DNA of 63,273 nt from a virus. Taxonomy: Duplodnaviria > Caudoviricetes. The stretch lies in the IMG/VR virus record IMGVR_UViG_3300008625_000012, positions 1 to 63,273 of that record, one strand, 5' to 3'. Under the pieces are notes generated by a model, which was given only the letters and a program-made list of their open reading frames with translations, searched no databases and was not told the DNA's origin. The position numbers and the translations under genes were made by a program. Shown in pieces: positions 7,466 to 17,646 of the stretch (position 1 is the first letter of the stretch; each line of letters starts with the position of its first letter).

Positions 7466-10126
7466 ATGGCGATAGATAAGCGGCTGACGCAAGCAGAGAT
7501 CGACGTTGAAGAAAACGACGACGTTGAGGTTGTTCTCCCTGAAGACATAGACACCAGTGGCTTCAGCGAGGAAGAAACAGAGGACGGCGGCGTCGTCGTT
7601 GATTTTGACCCAGAAGCCTCTAACCGTGAGAACAGTGAATTTGAGGCAAATCTCGCTGAACAGATGGACAACGGCGAACTGAAGGCCATCGCCTCAGAAT
7701 TGGTTGAGGCATATAAAGATGACAAGTTGTCCCGTGCGCCGTGGGAGAAGGCTTACATCAAGGGCCTTTCTTTATTGGGAACCCAGATCGAAGAACGCAG
7801 CCAGCCTTGGTCCGGCGCGTCAGGCGTGTTCCACCCCATCCTTACAGAGGCAGTGACGAAGTTCGTGGCAGACGCCATGATGGAGACGTTCCCCTCTGGC
7901 GGGCCAGTATTAACAAAGATCATCGGCAAGTCGGATGCGGAAAAGGTCAAGCAGGCCAAGCGCGTTCAGAAAGACATGAATTACCAGTGTATCGAAGTGA
8001 TGCCGGAATACCGCGACGAACACGAACAGGCGCTATTCCATCTCGCTGTTGGTGGGTCAGTGTTCAAGAAGGTCTACCAAGATGAGCAGCTTGGTCGTCA
8101 GACCGCTCCTTATATTATGGCCGACGACTTCGTTGTCGCCTATGGCACCACAGACCTGAAGACATGCCCCCGCGCCACACACGTTATGAAGATGTGGCCC
8201 AATGATTTACGTAAGGCCCAGTATGCGGGGCGGTTCATCGACGTTGATATTCCCAAGCCAGCCATTGAATACAGCGATGTTGATGAGAAAGAGAATAAGG
8301 TGGCTGGCGAGGCCCCCTCCGCAGAGAGGGATGACCGCCATACGTTGCTGGAGATGCACGTTGACTACGATCTCCCCGGATTTCAGGAAGAAGACGAGGA
8401 TGGTGAGGTAACCGGTATTGAAGTTCCGTATATCATCACCATCGAAAAATCCAGCCAGAAGGTTCTCTCCATATACCGCAACTGGGAAGAGGGCGACGAG
8501 GACAAGGGAAAGGGTGATTTCTTTGTTCAGTACAAGTTTCTCCCCGGTCTTGGCTTCTACGGTATGGGGCTGGTGCATATTCTTGGTGGTATCGCAAAGT
8601 CGGCCACTTCCATTCTGCGTCAGCTTGTTGATGCGGGCACCCTCTCCAACCTCCCCGCTGGCTTAAAGGCCAGAGGATTACGGATAAAGGGCGACGACAG
8701 CCCGTTGAGGCCCGGAGAGTTCCGAGATGTGGACGTGCCCGGTGGTGCCATCAAGGATAATATCACCTTCATTCCGTACAAAGAGCCGTCGAATGTTCTC
8801 TACCAGCTTCTTGGCAACATCGTGGAAGAGGGTAGAAACATTGCCAGCATCGCTGACCTGAAGATTTCAGAGATGGACAATCAGGCTCCTGTTGGGACCA
8901 CATTAGCTATCATCGAACGCGGCATGAAGGTCATGTCCAGCGTCCATGCCCGCATCCATTCCTCAATGAAGAAAGAGTTCAAGATGCTCGTTAAGCTGGT
9001 GGGCACGTACCAGCCAGCAGAATACGAATACGACGTTGAGGATGGTGCCACACGACAGCAGGATTACGACGACAGGGTCGATGTTCTGCCAGTATCCAAT
9101 CCCAACGCCTCCACGATGGCTCAGAGGATTATGCAGAACCAAGCCGTCCTCCAGCTTGCCACCGCCGCCCCACATATTTACGACCTAAAAGAACTGCATC
9201 GGGGGATGATCGACGCTATGGGCGTGGATAACGCCGACAAGATCATCCCGCTGGACGACGAGCGCAAGCCGATGGACCCAGTTGCGGAGAATATGGCAAT
9301 AATGACCGGGAAGCCGGTACAGGCCCATATTCATCAAGACCACGAAAGCCACATTCAGGTTCATGTGGCAGCAGCAGAAGACCCGAAAATTCAGGAAATC
9401 ATGTCCAAGTCTCCCGCCGCCAAGGCAATTGCCGCAGCGGGCGCGGCCCACATACAAGAGCATGTGGCCTTCCAGTATCGCCGGGAAATAGAGAAACAGC
9501 TTGGCGTTCCCATGCCTGACCATGATGAACCACTCCCGGCAGAGGCAGAGGTTATGCTGTCCAAGCTGACCGCAGATGCCGCCGACAAGGTTCTCAAGAA
9601 GGATTTGGCGGAAGCCCAAGCCCAGAAGAACGCACAGGAGCAGAACGACCCGGTTCTCCAGCTTCAGCGTCAGGAGGCCAAGACCAAGGCCGACGAGGTC
9701 AAACGCAAGGGCCTTGCCGACAAGCTCCGCACCATGCTGGGAATGGAACAACTCAAGTCCAAAGAGAATATGTACACGGTGGACAAGCACGCGGAGATCG
9801 AAAAAGGCAAGATCGACATTCTTTTGGAAATCCAGAAGCTGCTCAACGAGGAGGAGCGCACCAAGTCTCAGGAAACTCAGGCCGCAGCGCGTCTTGGGGT
9901 GGATGTGGGGCTTGGCATCGCGGACGACCAGATCGAACGGGAGCGCATTGCCTCACAAGAGAGTATCGCGGAGTTACAGCACGAAGGCACCGTTGAAACG
10001 GCTGAAATTCAGGCCCAGTCTTCAAGGATACAAACGTCGGCAAACCTTGCTGGAAAGTTCATGGACGTTCTTCGTGCTAGAACCCAGCAAGCCCAAAAGG
10101 GGAACAAAGATGAAAATAATGGTTGA
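7466..10126 (+). CDS. portal protein
   Basis: 886-aa ORF right after terminase; FYGMGL, RQLVDAGTLSNLP and GTTLAIIE motifs; coiled-coil C-terminus. Confidence 0.88.
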   Translation: MAIDKRLTQAEIDVEENDDVEVVLPEDIDTSGFSEEETEDGGVVVDFDPEASNRENSEFEANLAEQMDNGELKAIASELVEAYKDDKLSRAPWEKAYIKGLSLLGTQIEERSQPWSGASGVFHPILTEAVTKFVADAMMETFPSGGPVLTKIIGKSDAEKVKQAKRVQKDMNYQCIEVMPEYRDEHEQALFHLAVGGSVFKKVYQDEQLGRQTAPYIMADDFVVAYGTTDLKTCPRATHVMKMWPNDLRKAQYAGRFIDVDIPKPAIEYSDVDEKENKVAGEAPSAERDDRHTLLEMHVDYDLPGFQEEDEDGEVTGIEVPYIITIEKSSQKVLSIYRNWEEGDEDKGKGDFFVQYKFLPGLGFYGMGLVHILGGIAKSATSILRQLVDAGTLSNLPAGLKARGLRIKGDDSPLRPGEFRDVDVPGGAIKDNITFIPYKEPSNVLYQLLGNIVEEGRNIASIADLKISEMDNQAPVGTTLAIIERGMKVMSSVHARIHSSMKKEFKMLVKLVGTYQPAEYEYDVEDGATRQQDYDDRVDVLPVSNPNASTMAQRIMQNQAVLQLATAAPHIYDLKELHRGMIDAMGVDNADKIIPLDDERKPMDPVAENMAIMTGKPVQAHIHQDHESHIQVHVAAAEDPKIQEIMSKSPAAKAIAAAGAAHIQEHVAFQYRREIEKQLGVPMPDHDEPLPAEAEVMLSKLTADAADKVLKKDLAEAQAQKNAQEQNDPVLQLQRQEAKTKADEVKRKGLADKLRTMLGMEQLKSKENMYTVDKHAEIEKGKIDILLEIQKLLNEEERTKSQETQAAARLGVDVGLGIADDQIERERIASQESIAELQHEGTVETAEIQAQSSRIQTSANLAGKFMDVLRARTQQAQKGNKDENNG

Positions 10127-10137
10127 AGGTTTGAACA

Positions 10138-10362
10138 TTGGCCGGTAATATTTTGTCCGCGCTTCGTGAGCGGCTTCGTCGTGACATGAATGAGCGGGCT
10201 GACATCATCTCCACAGGGGGCTGCATGTCGGCGGGTGGCGCGACAGAGGTTGGTATGGAGTACGCCAAGAGTGTCGGCATAATTGAAGGGCTGGCAATGG
10301 CAGAAAGAAGCCTCCTCGACGTTGTTGAAGAGTTAGATAAGCAAGAAGAACTGGATACATGA
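10138..10362 (+). CDS. conserved small head-module protein
   Basis: EY...VGIIEGL..AE pattern between portal and GroES; TTG start. Confidence 0.6.
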   Translation: MAGNILSALRERLRRDMNERADIISTGGCMSAGGATEVGMEYAKSVGIIEGLAMAERSLLDVVEELDKQEELDT

Positions 10363-10754
10363 CAGAAGCAGCCGTTAAATTGGAGGAGGTCGGGCCGTCT
10401 GAAGAGTTGCCTGACAGGGCAGCAAATCAGCTTCCCATCCCCAAGGGCTGGCGCATCCTTATTGCGCTTCCAGAGATTGAGGAAAAAACAACTGGCGGCA
10501 TCATTAAGGCTGATGTCACCAAAGATGTGGAACACACCTCCACCGTTATCGGTCTTGTTCTCGCAATGGGTCCGGAATGTTACACCGACAAAGATCGTTT
10601 CGGCCCAGAGCCGTGGTGTAAGGAGGGCGACTTCGTGTTGATCGGGGCGTACAAGGGGGTTCGTTTCAACATTCACGGCAAAGAGTTCCGTGTTATCAAT
10701 GACGATACGGTTCAGGCTGTCGTGGAAGACCCGCGAGGTTACACAAGAGCATAA
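10359..10754 (+). CDS. groES: GroES/Cpn10-like co-chaperonin
   Basis: PKGWRILI...EEKTTGGII...GLVLAMGP...KEGDFV..Y.G.......EFRVINDD. Confidence 0.9.
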   Translation: MTEAAVKLEEVGPSEELPDRAANQLPIPKGWRILIALPEIEEKTTGGIIKADVTKDVEHTSTVIGLVLAMGPECYTDKDRFGPEPWCKEGDFVLIGAYKGVRFNIHGKEFRVINDDTVQAVVEDPRGYTRA

Positions 10755-11758
10755 TGGCTGAACCAGTGGAAAAACAGGACGAGATGTTTGAGGAACCGGA
10801 AGGTCTACCCGAACCCGAAGCCGAACTTGAGATTGAAGTTCTTGATGACACCCCAGAAGAGGACCGCCAAATGGCGCGGCCCGCCGCTGATCGGGTGGAC
10901 CCGGACAGTGAGGAGTTTGAGGAAGAAATCCAGAATTACTCCGACGCTGCTCAGAAACGAATAAAGGCGCTGAAATACGAGTTCCACGAAGAACGCCGCG
11001 CCAAAGAGGGCGCTCTGCGTCAGAGTGAAGAGGCTGTTAAGTACGCTGAACGTGTAGCAGGGGACAACAACGCTCTCCGCGAAGGTCTGGATAACTCCAA
11101 TGCAGTATTGATTGAGCAATACGGAGCGCGGAGTGACGCTGAACTGGAAGCGGCTCGTAAAGAGTTCAAGGAAGCCTACGAGGGCGGCGAGACAGACGCT
11201 CTTCTGGTGGCGCAGGAAAATCTCAGCAGGCTCCATGCGGAGCGCGTTAAGGCTTTATCTGACGCCGAACGGTTTGAACGCAGCCGCAGGCCAGCACAAG
11301 AGCAGCAGGTCGGACAGCAGCAACAACAGCAACAGCCAGTAGAAGCCGCCCCGCCCGACGCCAAGGCGATGGAGTGGCTTAGAGATAATCCGTGGTTCCA
11401 CCAGCAGGGCCATGAAGAGATGACCGGCTATGCGGTTGGCCTCCATCAGAAACTGGTGATGGGCGGTCTCAATCCGCAGATACATCACGAAGAATATTAC
11501 AACAAGATTAACGAGGGAATGCGGACAGTGTTCCCCGACTACGAATTTTCCAGTGGGCACCAAGGTGGTAACGGGGCATCGACCCCCGCTGCGACCACTG
11601 GGAAGAGACCACCCCCTGTGGGTGGGCCGTCACGGGGCGGTAAACCCCCGCGCAAAGTGCAGCTAACCACCACTCAAGTCGCCCTCGCAAAGCGCCTTGG
11701 GTTGTCTAACAGGCAGTACGCCGCACAGGTCGCAAAGGAAAACATGACCAATGGCTAA
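10754..11758 (+). CDS. capsid scaffolding protein
   Basis: acidic N-terminus, coiled coil, W..DNPWF motif, C-terminal LT..QVALAKRLGL..Y; upstream of the capsid genes. Confidence 0.7.
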   Translation: MAEPVEKQDEMFEEPEGLPEPEAELEIEVLDDTPEEDRQMARPAADRVDPDSEEFEEEIQNYSDAAQKRIKALKYEFHEERRAKEGALRQSEEAVKYAERVAGDNNALREGLDNSNAVLIEQYGARSDAELEAARKEFKEAYEGGETDALLVAQENLSRLHAERVKALSDAERFERSRRPAQEQQVGQQQQQQQPVEAAPPDAKAMEWLRDNPWFHQQGHEEMTGYAVGLHQKLVMGGLNPQIHHEEYYNKINEGMRTVFPDYEFSSGHQGGNGASTPAATTGKRPPPVGGPSRGGKPPRKVQLTTTQVALAKRLGLSNRQYAAQVAKENMTNG

Positions 11759-12227
11759 AGCAAAGCGCACCGCGTCAAAAACGCGAGATAATGAGACACG
11801 CGAAACCGAAGATCGGGAGACACACTACCGTCCCCCGTCTAATTTACCTGACCCGACACCGCAGGATGGCTACGTTTTCCGGTGGGTCCGCACTTCCATG
11901 TTGGGAGATGCTGACAACCGGAACGTATCAATGCGTTACAGAGAAGGCTGGGAACCGTGCTTGGCAGAAGATCATCCAGAGTTGATGATTATGTCAGACC
12001 GGGACACAGACGGCTTTGAGAACAACATTGTCATCGGCGGTTTGATGCTATGCAAATGCTCTACGGAGCGGATGAAGCAGCGAGAAACCTACTACCAAGG
12101 TAAGTCACAGGAACAGGCGGCAAGCGTAGATCAGAATTTCATGCGCGAAAACGACCCCCGGATGCCTCTTCTGGAAACAGAAAGTCGTTCGGAGACAACG
12201 TTTGGCGTTGGCCGCACCAGAGGTTAA
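11751..12227 (+). CDS. conserved head-module protein
   Basis: P..QDGYVFRWVR, REGWEP, GGLMLCK; coupled to the scaffold gene. Confidence 0.7.
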   Translation: MAKAKRTASKTRDNETRETEDRETHYRPPSNLPDPTPQDGYVFRWVRTSMLGDADNRNVSMRYREGWEPCLAEDHPELMIMSDRDTDGFENNIVIGGLMLCKCSTERMKQRETYYQGKSQEQAASVDQNFMRENDPRMPLLETESRSETTFGVGRTRG

Positions 12228-12265
12228 CTTCTGGAGCATAACTTCTTTGTGAAAGGAACAGTAAG

Positions 12266-12844
12266 ATGGCAGCTACAGCAGCCCCTTACGGATTTGTTCC
12301 GGTGAACAGGCTTGGTGGATACGAGAACGGTTCTTTCCGCCAGCTTAAAATGACCAACTCTTATGGCACCTCTATCTTCTTTGGTGACATTGTTGAGCTG
12401 GTCGCAGCCGGAACTATCGAAATCGACACAGCCGCAACCTCGACGCGTCCCATTGGGATTTTTCAGGGTTGTAACTTCACCGACCCCAACCTGAACTACA
12501 AGGTGTTCTCCCAGATGTGGACGGCTTCCACCGTTGCCACAGATATTCTGGCGCACGTTGCTGACGACCCTCGTCAGGTGTTTCAGGTTCAGGGTGAAGG
12601 CTCATTTGCTCAGACCGACCTTGGCTTAAACGCCGAAGTCAGCACGTATGTCGCGGGCAATACAAACATTGGTAAGTCAGTGTTGTCGCTTGAGGCGACC
12701 ACCCCAGCCACCACTGGAACCTTCCCCTTCCGCACCATCGACTTCGTTGATGGACCCTTCAGTTCTGTTGGAGACGCTTTCACTGACATGCTTGTCATCT
12801 GGAATGCCGACATCCATCAGTACGATCTTGCACTCGGCACATAA
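12266..12844 (+). CDS. capsid decoration/minor capsid protein
   Basis: PYGFVP, IFFGD, GIFQG, DDP..VF motifs; immediately upstream of the major capsid gene. Confidence 0.7.
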   Translation: MAATAAPYGFVPVNRLGGYENGSFRQLKMTNSYGTSIFFGDIVELVAAGTIEIDTAATSTRPIGIFQGCNFTDPNLNYKVFSQMWTASTVATDILAHVADDPRQVFQVQGEGSFAQTDLGLNAEVSTYVAGNTNIGKSVLSLEATTPATTGTFPFRTIDFVDGPFSSVGDAFTDMLVIWNADIHQYDLALGT

Positions 12845-12857
12845 GGAGGATTGAGCA

Positions 12858-13778
12858 ATGGCTGCAATTTCAAGAGCGCAATTACTCAAGGAACTCCTGC
12901 CGGGTCTGAACGCCCTGTTTGGCCTTGAGTACGACAAGTACCAAGACGAGCATCTGGAATGTTACGACGCCGAAAGCTCGGAACGTTCCTTTGAAGAAGA
13001 AACGAAACTGTCCGGCTTCGGAGCCGCGCCCGTCAAGACTGAAGGCGGCGCTATCTCCTACGACACGGCGCAGGAGAGTTTCACTCAGCGGTATGACCAT
13101 GAGACGATTGCTATGGGCTTCTCCATCACCGAAGAGGCGATGGAAGACAATCTGTATGACAGTCTGTCCTCACGGTATACCAAGGCTCTCGCCCGTGCGA
13201 TGGCCTACACCAAGGAAGTCAAGGCGATGGTGCCGTTTAACACCGGCTTCACCGCCACCACCGGTTACCTGACCGGCGACGGCGACCAGTTGTTCTCGAC
13301 CTCGCACAGCATTGTGCAGGGCGCGAACCTCTCCAACCGTCCCGCCACGGCAACTGATCTAAACGAAACGTCTATCGAAGACGCGGCTATTCAGATTTCC
13401 AATTGGACTGATGAGCGCGGTCTGCTCGTTGCGTGTCAGCCTGTTAAGCTGGTCATCCCGACCAACTTGCAGTTTGTCGCAACTCGCATCCTGTCTTCCC
13501 AGTACAAGACTGGTGTGGCTGACAACGACGTGAACGCCATCTACCACAACAGCACGGTTCGGGACGGGTATTGCATCAATCATTACCTCACCGACACCAA
13601 TGCGTGGTTCCTGAAGACGGATTGCCCGAACGGATTGAAGTATTTCAATCGCGTTGGACTGTCCACTTCAATGGATGGTGACTTCGACAGTGGCAACGTT
13701 CGCTACAAAGCACGCGAACGTTACAGCTTCGGCGTTTCGGATTATCTTGGCGTATTTGGTTCGCCGGGTTCTTCCTAA
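12858..13778 (+). CDS. major capsid protein (Mu gpT-like HK97 fold)
   Basis: ISRAQLLKELLPGLNALFGLEY N-terminus, KARERYSFG C-terminus, strong TAAGGAGG SD, followed by a terminator. Confidence 0.9.
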   Translation: MAAISRAQLLKELLPGLNALFGLEYDKYQDEHLECYDAESSERSFEEETKLSGFGAAPVKTEGGAISYDTAQESFTQRYDHETIAMGFSITEEAMEDNLYDSLSSRYTKALARAMAYTKEVKAMVPFNTGFTATTGYLTGDGDQLFSTSHSIVQGANLSNRPATATDLNETSIEDAAIQISNWTDERGLLVACQPVKLVIPTNLQFVATRILSSQYKTGVADNDVNAIYHNSTVRDGYCINHYLTDTNAWFLKTDCPNGLKYFNRVGLSTSMDGDFDSGNVRYKARERYSFGVSDYLGVFGSPGSS

Positions 13779-13794
13779 GCGAGAACGCTACGAG

Positions 13795-13822
13795 AAAGGG
13801 GGGCTTCGGCCCCCCTTTTTTT
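13795..13822 (+). terminator. Rho-independent terminator after the capsid gene
   Basis: AAAGGGGGGC TTCG GCCCCCCTTT plus T run. Confidence 0.9.
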
Positions 13823-13829
13823 ATGCGAC

Positions 13830-13865
13830 CACAAGATTTCTTGTGAAGCCATAAGATTTCTTATG
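13830..13865. promoter_or_regulatory. pair of 16-bp palindromic operator-like sites
   Basis: CACAAGATTTCTTGTG 13830-13845 and CATAAGATTTCTTATG 13850-13865, 20 bp apart, abutting ATG 13867. Confidence 0.5.
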
Positions 13866-13866
13866 T

Positions 13867-14433
13867 ATGCCAAAATATATTTTTAAATATCCCAACGTAT
13901 TTATCTCCATCCCAAAGGCGGCGTCATCAACTACGTCCGCAGTTTTACAGCATCATTTGGGCTGGGATGAGACGAACTCTCTTATGGCCGACGACGGCTG
14001 GAACTTCTACGCCCTCATAAGGCACCCCATTGATCGCTGGGTGTCTGGTATGGCTCAGAGGTTCGCCGGGGCGATCTCAGAAAAAGACATCACGAAGAAG
14101 ATGCGCGTCCATCTCGACGCCATCCACGACGACGAGCGGTTATGGGATTACGTGGAGAAAGGGGAGCATGACGTTCATACCCAACGGCAGTCAGCTATCA
14201 TCAGTGGAGCGCCGGACCCGGCCCTGTTTAAGCTGGAGAGCATGGATGCCATGTGGGAGGCGATGGGTGTTGATCTGCCTGAGATGGACAGCGACCACAT
14301 CCACAAGACCAACGGATACCAGAAGGATGTGATGAACCACCTGTCTGAGGCGCTTGAGCGCGTGCCCGCCTACAGGGAGTATCTCCTGAAGTTTTACGAG
14401 GATGACCTGAAATTGTATGAGCAGGCAAAATAA
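13867..14433 (+). CDS. sulfotransferase (Sulfotransfer_2-like)
   Basis: FISIPKAASST, IRHPIDRWVSG, HT.RQS, FYEDDLKLYE. Confidence 0.8.
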   Translation: MPKYIFKYPNVFISIPKAASSTTSAVLQHHLGWDETNSLMADDGWNFYALIRHPIDRWVSGMAQRFAGAISEKDITKKMRVHLDAIHDDERLWDYVEKGEHDVHTQRQSAIISGAPDPALFKLESMDAMWEAMGVDLPEMDSDHIHKTNGYQKDVMNHLSEALERVPAYREYLLKFYEDDLKLYEQAK

Positions 14434-14569
14434 TCATGCACACACCCAGAACAAACATTGGTCAGGTAATATTTAGTGTGGTGTTCCTGAAAGGTTCTGC
14501 TACAATTTAAGGGCATTTGAATGTGGCGGACCTCATGTCTCGTCATGGTTTTAGGAAAGGAACTGTTCA

Positions 14570-15259
14570 ATGCCTACACATTTTACCAACGGCGTATCCA
14601 ACGTCGTTCCGGGCAATCCCCTGTATGAGTTTGGGATGCTCGACCCCACCAAATGGCACGTATTCTGGGACGACTTTGACACCACGCCCATCGCGGCTCA
14701 GTGGACACTGACTGCGACTTCGGCTGGTGCCGGAACCTCTGCCATCACTGTCCCCGACGCCGACGACGGCTTGGCCCGCATCACCACCGCTGGCAACGAC
14801 AACGACGGTATCTTCGCGGAGTGGATTTCTGAAACCTTCCTGCTGGAAGACAACAAGAAGACATTCCTTAAAACCCGTTTTCAGGTTGGCGACGCAACCC
14901 AGTCCGATCTCATCATCGGCCTGCACTCCACGGACACAACTCCGCTGGACGCTACAATGCGTTTCGCGTTTATCTCTGAAGACGCCTCCGCAAGTGTGTT
15001 TTTCAACAACGACGACAACACCACCGACACCGACAGCGCGTCGTTGGCGACGTTGGCCGATGACACGTTTATCACCTTGGCGGCTTACTGGGATGGCATC
15101 TCAACCATCTACACCTACGCCAACGATGTCTTGATCGACAGGATGGAGAGCGTTGATGTCCCCGGTGCGGAGATGGCAGTCGGCTTTGGCTACCTGAACG
15201 GCGCGGCTGGTGCTGAAACCACCGACATCGACTACATCTTCGTCGCTAAAGAGAGGTAG
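14570..15259 (+). CDS. virion structural protein
   Basis: MPTHFTNGV start, beta-rich T/A/D composition, DIDYIFVAKER end; AAGGA SD. Confidence 0.65.
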   Translation: MPTHFTNGVSNVVPGNPLYEFGMLDPTKWHVFWDDFDTTPIAAQWTLTATSAGAGTSAITVPDADDGLARITTAGNDNDGIFAEWISETFLLEDNKKTFLKTRFQVGDATQSDLIIGLHSTDTTPLDATMRFAFISEDASASVFFNNDDNTTDTDSASLATLADDTFITLAAYWDGISTIYTYANDVLIDRMESVDVPGAEMAVGFGYLNGAAGAETTDIDYIFVAKER

Positions 15260-15265
15260 TTTCTC

Positions 15266-15484
15266 ATGCACACCAATCTGATTAAGAAAGACGGTAAATG
15301 GACTGTCGAGTTGATCGGGGGTGACGATGAAGAGACTTTGGTTAAAACCTTCTCTGGTCGTGAACACGCGACAAACCAGATCAGGATGTGGGGTAACGGG
15401 CAGTCCGATATGCCGGTCCTGAAGAAAAAGGGAGCCGCCAAGAAGAAGGCGGCTCCCAAGAAGGCCAAGCCAAAGAAGAAGTAA
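15266..15484 (+). CDS. small protein with Lys/Ala-rich tail
   Basis: GAGG SD; KKKGAAKKKAAPKKAKPKKK. Confidence 0.6.
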   Translation: MHTNLIKKDGKWTVELIGGDDEETLVKTFSGREHATNQIRMWGNGQSDMPVLKKKGAAKKKAAPKKAKPKKK

Positions 15485-15508
15485 CGCTAACATAGAGAGG
15501 ATATAAAG

Positions 15509-16471
15509 ATGTCCCAACCAAAGGTCATCACTCTTGCCCCGAACGCGCTAGACAGGAACGGCATTTCTACGACGGAAACGCTACTTGCCGCACGTTTGGA
15601 TTATCTCATCAACGGCGCTCTTTCCACCGGGTATGACCGGAACGGAATTGCTGCCAGTCAGACACCGACAGACGCGACTGCCATGACGCTTGATGGTGTT
15701 CTTGGCACTGACTTCCGCGACAGGCGCGGTGTTTACATTCTCATCTACGCTGCGGCTGACGACACAGGACGCACATTCACTGTGGTCGGTGAGGATTTGC
15801 AGGGCAATTACCTCACTGAGGACATCACTGGTCCGGGGCTGGGTCTAATTGTTCTTGGTTCAACCAAGTTCTACAGCGTCGCGTCGGTAACGCCGGATGC
15901 CGCCACGGCGGGAGCGATTGAGATCGGCGTCAACGGATACTGCGATTTCACAGCCACCCCGCAGCATGTGGCAATGTATTCCGCAGGAAACGACACCGGC
16001 GACACCTACACGCCCCGTGGTTATGATCGTTACGGCGTCGAACTGACCGACAGCATCACCGGGGCCAACGCCAGTACCAGCACCACCCAAGACGCCAACT
16101 TTGCATGGGTTGACCGCATTACGTCGAGCGGAGCGTCTGCGGGCGCTGTTGAGGCCGGGGTTGACGGTTTGTGCGAGAGTGGGTGGTTCCTTCTCAATTA
16201 TCGCGGGCCAGATTTTAACGTGGCGATTGGCTGCGACGTATCCTCTGGAGCGTCGCTGACGTACGCCATGCAGCACACTTTCAGTAATGTTCTCGCCAGC
16301 GGCTTCCAAGAGGCCAGTGGAGAGGTTGTCCTGACCCATGACACGATCACCGGCGAAACTGGCAGCACGGACGGCAACTACACCAACCCGCCAGTCGCCA
16401 CCAGATTGGCAATCACCGCCCATACGTCGGGCAGTGCGAACGCGAGGATTATCCACGCGGGGAGGTCGTAA
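15509..16471 (+). CDS. virion structural protein
   Basis: 320-aa T/A/G-rich ORF with internal repeat (FTVVGED/YTPRGYD...ITG.). Confidence 0.65.
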   Translation: MSQPKVITLAPNALDRNGISTTETLLAARLDYLINGALSTGYDRNGIAASQTPTDATAMTLDGVLGTDFRDRRGVYILIYAAADDTGRTFTVVGEDLQGNYLTEDITGPGLGLIVLGSTKFYSVASVTPDAATAGAIEIGVNGYCDFTATPQHVAMYSAGNDTGDTYTPRGYDRYGVELTDSITGANASTSTTQDANFAWVDRITSSGASAGAVEAGVDGLCESGWFLLNYRGPDFNVAIGCDVSSGASLTYAMQHTFSNVLASGFQEASGEVVLTHDTITGETGSTDGNYTNPPVATRLAITAHTSGSANARIIHAGRS

Positions 16472-17067
16472 TGGGGATTAGCAGCGTTGGCATCGTCTCA
16501 GCGCCCATCTTTCTGGATAGCAACTTCCAGATTTTGGACGACGCTGACCAGACCGCAAAACTCCAGACCGCAGTCAACGTTGGCACGGCAGGAACAAACG
16601 TCACTGCCGTTGAGTATGGTGCTGGGCAGGAGCATGTCACAAAACTGACCCTCGCCAGTGTAGGCTACACCATCGGTGATACAGCCTCTCTTGCGGATGG
16701 CGCACTGATATACACACTTCCTGCCGGGGCCTTGGTTGTAAGGATGGCGTCGATCAGTGTCGGCGTTTCCCTAACCACCGGAACGCCCACAACCGACACC
16801 CCTGACGTGGGGCTGGGGACTGTTATAGGGACAGGGGCCGTCGCCACGCTGGATGGCACCGCCACCTTTGAAAATATTTTGACCGGGCAAACCGCAGCAG
16901 ATGTTGCTGGCACTGCAACCGTTAAGACGGTGCAAACCTCATTAGCGATTGAGGCGGCTGACGCACACACTGTTCATTTCAATATCGCGGACGCTTGGGC
17001 CAACGTAGACGACACCGCTGCCACGGCATCGGGGACTGTCTGGTTGGGCTGGACGTTTCTGGCTTAG
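16471..17067 (+). CDS. virion structural protein
   Basis: T/A/G-rich 198-aa ORF, TAATG coupling. Confidence 0.6.
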   Translation: MGISSVGIVSAPIFLDSNFQILDDADQTAKLQTAVNVGTAGTNVTAVEYGAGQEHVTKLTLASVGYTIGDTASLADGALIYTLPAGALVVRMASISVGVSLTTGTPTTDTPDVGLGTVIGTGAVATLDGTATFENILTGQTAADVAGTATVKTVQTSLAIEAADAHTVHFNIADAWANVDDTAATASGTVWLGWTFLA

Positions 17068-17079
17068 AGAGGAAAAGGT

Positions 17080-17646
17080 ATGCCTAAGAAAAATCTACTG
17101 AACGTCTCCCATGACATGGTCTCTATTTCCATGACCGACCTACTTACTCTTCTGGGAAGCCCAAAGAAGACCCAGCAGGCTCTGGTTGATCTTGAGAAGG
17201 CGTCGAAGAAAGCTGACAAGGCCCGCAAGGCGCTTGAGAAGGCTGAAAGCGAGCAGGTAGCGCGGATGGACGCTGAAGAACGCAAGCGTGAGAATGACAT
17301 CAAGGCCATCCACAAAGACAAGGAGGCCCTCGCCAATGCGTGGGCTGAACTGGAAAAGACCACGGCCAACCAGAACGCTGGCGTCCAAGACGCCCGTAAG
17401 GCCCTTCGCCGCGACCAAGCGGAGTTTAAGGAAATCCAGAAGGCCCATGCCATGCAGGCAGAGCATCTTGAAAACTCCCGCGATCTGCTCCAGCGAGAGC
17501 AGGAGAAGGTGAATGGTCAGGTGGCAGAGGCCCGCCGCGAGGCGATTGCTGATCGCAAGGCCGCTGAAGCCGCTAAGGAAGAGGCCAAGAAGTTCAACAA
17601 GGAAGCTAATCGTAAGATTGCTGACATGAGGAAGCTGGTGGCGTAA
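17080..17646 (+). CDS. coiled-coil protein
   Basis: A/E/K-rich heptads; GAGG SD. Confidence 0.65.
   Translation: MPKKNLLNVSHDMVSISMTDLLTLLGSPKKTQQALVDLEKASKKADKARKALEKAESEQVARMDAEERKRENDIKAIHKDKEALANAWAELEKTTANQNAGVQDARKALRRDQAEFKEIQKAHAMQAEHLENSRDLLQREQEKVNGQVAEARREAIADRKAAEAAKEEAKKFNKEANRKIADMRKLVA

Noticed and set aside
11300-11340. CAG/CAA poly-Gln tract in the scaffold gene
   Set aside because: Ordinary low-complexity linker
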